A program made the translations under genes and the position numbers. A DNA stretch of 63,509 nucleotides, filler included, from Pirum gemmata (lineage: Eukaryota), in assembly GCA_002812295.1 (NCBI GenBank). It is 31 parts of 31 records of this genome, joined end to end, with 100 filler letters (N's around TTAATTAATTAA, not from the genome) between each part and the next. Parts side by side here need not be neighbours in the genome. Positions count along the whole stretch, not along the records: positions 61,610 to 63,509 come from PDIN01010472.1; 30 more parts are not named here. One strand, 5' to 3'. A model generated the notes under the pieces. That model made no database searches. It was not told where the DNA came from and was given only the letters and a program-made list of their open reading frames with translations. Positions 62,434 through 63,509 of the stretch are shown in pieces. How positions within the stretch are numbered: the first letter of the stretch is position 1; each line of letters begins with the position of its first letter.

Positions 62434-63509
62434 ATAATTAATAATTAATAATTAATAATTTAAACATATCAGATATTAGTATTATATAGTAATATAAATA
62501 AAATGGTTTCTACAGTTTTATCCGGCTTGGTAAAAAAAAAAGTTTTTTTTATTAGAAATTTTTTTTTTTTTTAATTAAAAAATTAATTTCTATAAATAAA
62601 TAATTTTTTTACCAAGCCGGAATGGTGATCCGCCATATTATTATGATAATATTATTATTATGAGCTATATGAGCTATGAGCTCAAAGGGTTAGGGTTAGG
62701 GTTAGGGTTAGGGTTAGGGTTAGTTCAAAAATCTCAAAATGATCCAATTTGTATAATATTATTATAAAAGTACTACCAAATTTTGAGAAATTGTCTAACT
62801 ACGAAAAATCTATTATGAACCAATGGCTAGTTTTTAAAAATAATCTGGCTTAAAGTGCTTCTAGGTAGGAGCTTAGGTAGGCTTAAAGTGCTCTAGCCAC
62901 AAAATGTAAATACTTATAAAAATTAGTGAATGTGTAATAATGATATCGATGCTATGAAAATAATTCAATAACAAAGTTTGCTAAGCTCTAGATTAGCTTC
63001 TAATTTTATATGATTATTTTTTCCGATAGTTACTTGACCCATAGAACATCGAGCTAATAATTAATTAAAACGGCATACCCCCTTTCGATATAAAATTTAA
63101 TAAATAATTAAATAAATAAATTTTAAATAAATAAATAAATTATATAATTAATTCAATAAATTAATTAAATAGATATATTAAAAAAAATATTAGTAAATAA
63201 ATTATAAATTACATTTTAACACCCCAAGTTGTACTTGCGCAAGATTGCACTTCTATTGATTATTCGTGTATTAAGTATTATTTCAAACATAATATTATTA
63301 TATAATATATATATTTAGTTTCTTTCTTTTGTATAACTAAACTGTACCCTGATGCATCATTAGTAAATTTATAACTAAATAATTATATATATATAAATAA
63401 ATACCAATTTACCAACCCCGTTAATGTTACTAAAAAGATATTTTTTCTTTTTTTTTTTAATTAATTATTAATTATGTAAATAGTACTAGTACGTAAAAAA
63501 AAAAAAAAA

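Overview
This window is not contiguous DNA. It holds 31 short scaffolds (mostly ~1.9 kb) of an AT-rich, microsatellite-laden eukaryotic genome, joined by 30 artificial 100-nt spacers (N44-TTAATTAATTAA-N44). GT-AG introns, the standard code and TTAGGG-type repeats suggest a protist; the species cannot be determined from this sequence. Most ORF-track entries are microsatellite artefacts. Reading exons by hand gives fragments of an atypical ELP3-like radical-SAM protein, eIF3L, an MFS transporter, a PyrE/Ura5-type OPRT, SKI2, galactokinase, and SET, DEP, BCH/CRAL-TRIO, ankyrin+Ubl and Cys-rich proteins. Two genes are complete and intronless: a GT14 glycosyltransferase and a probably secreted iota-class carbonic anhydrase. 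The strongest unusual signals are: (1) introns built from telomere-like repeats, always C-strand-sense where a gene could be oriented; (2) the iota-CA; (3) a decayed EsV-1-7 repeat gene; (4) recurrent 'echo' duplications just downstream of stop codons; (5) many MITE families interleaved with CTAG palindromic scars and TTAGGG tracts; (6) a C-depleted, possibly hypermutated relic. All homology calls rest on motif recognition, not database searches.
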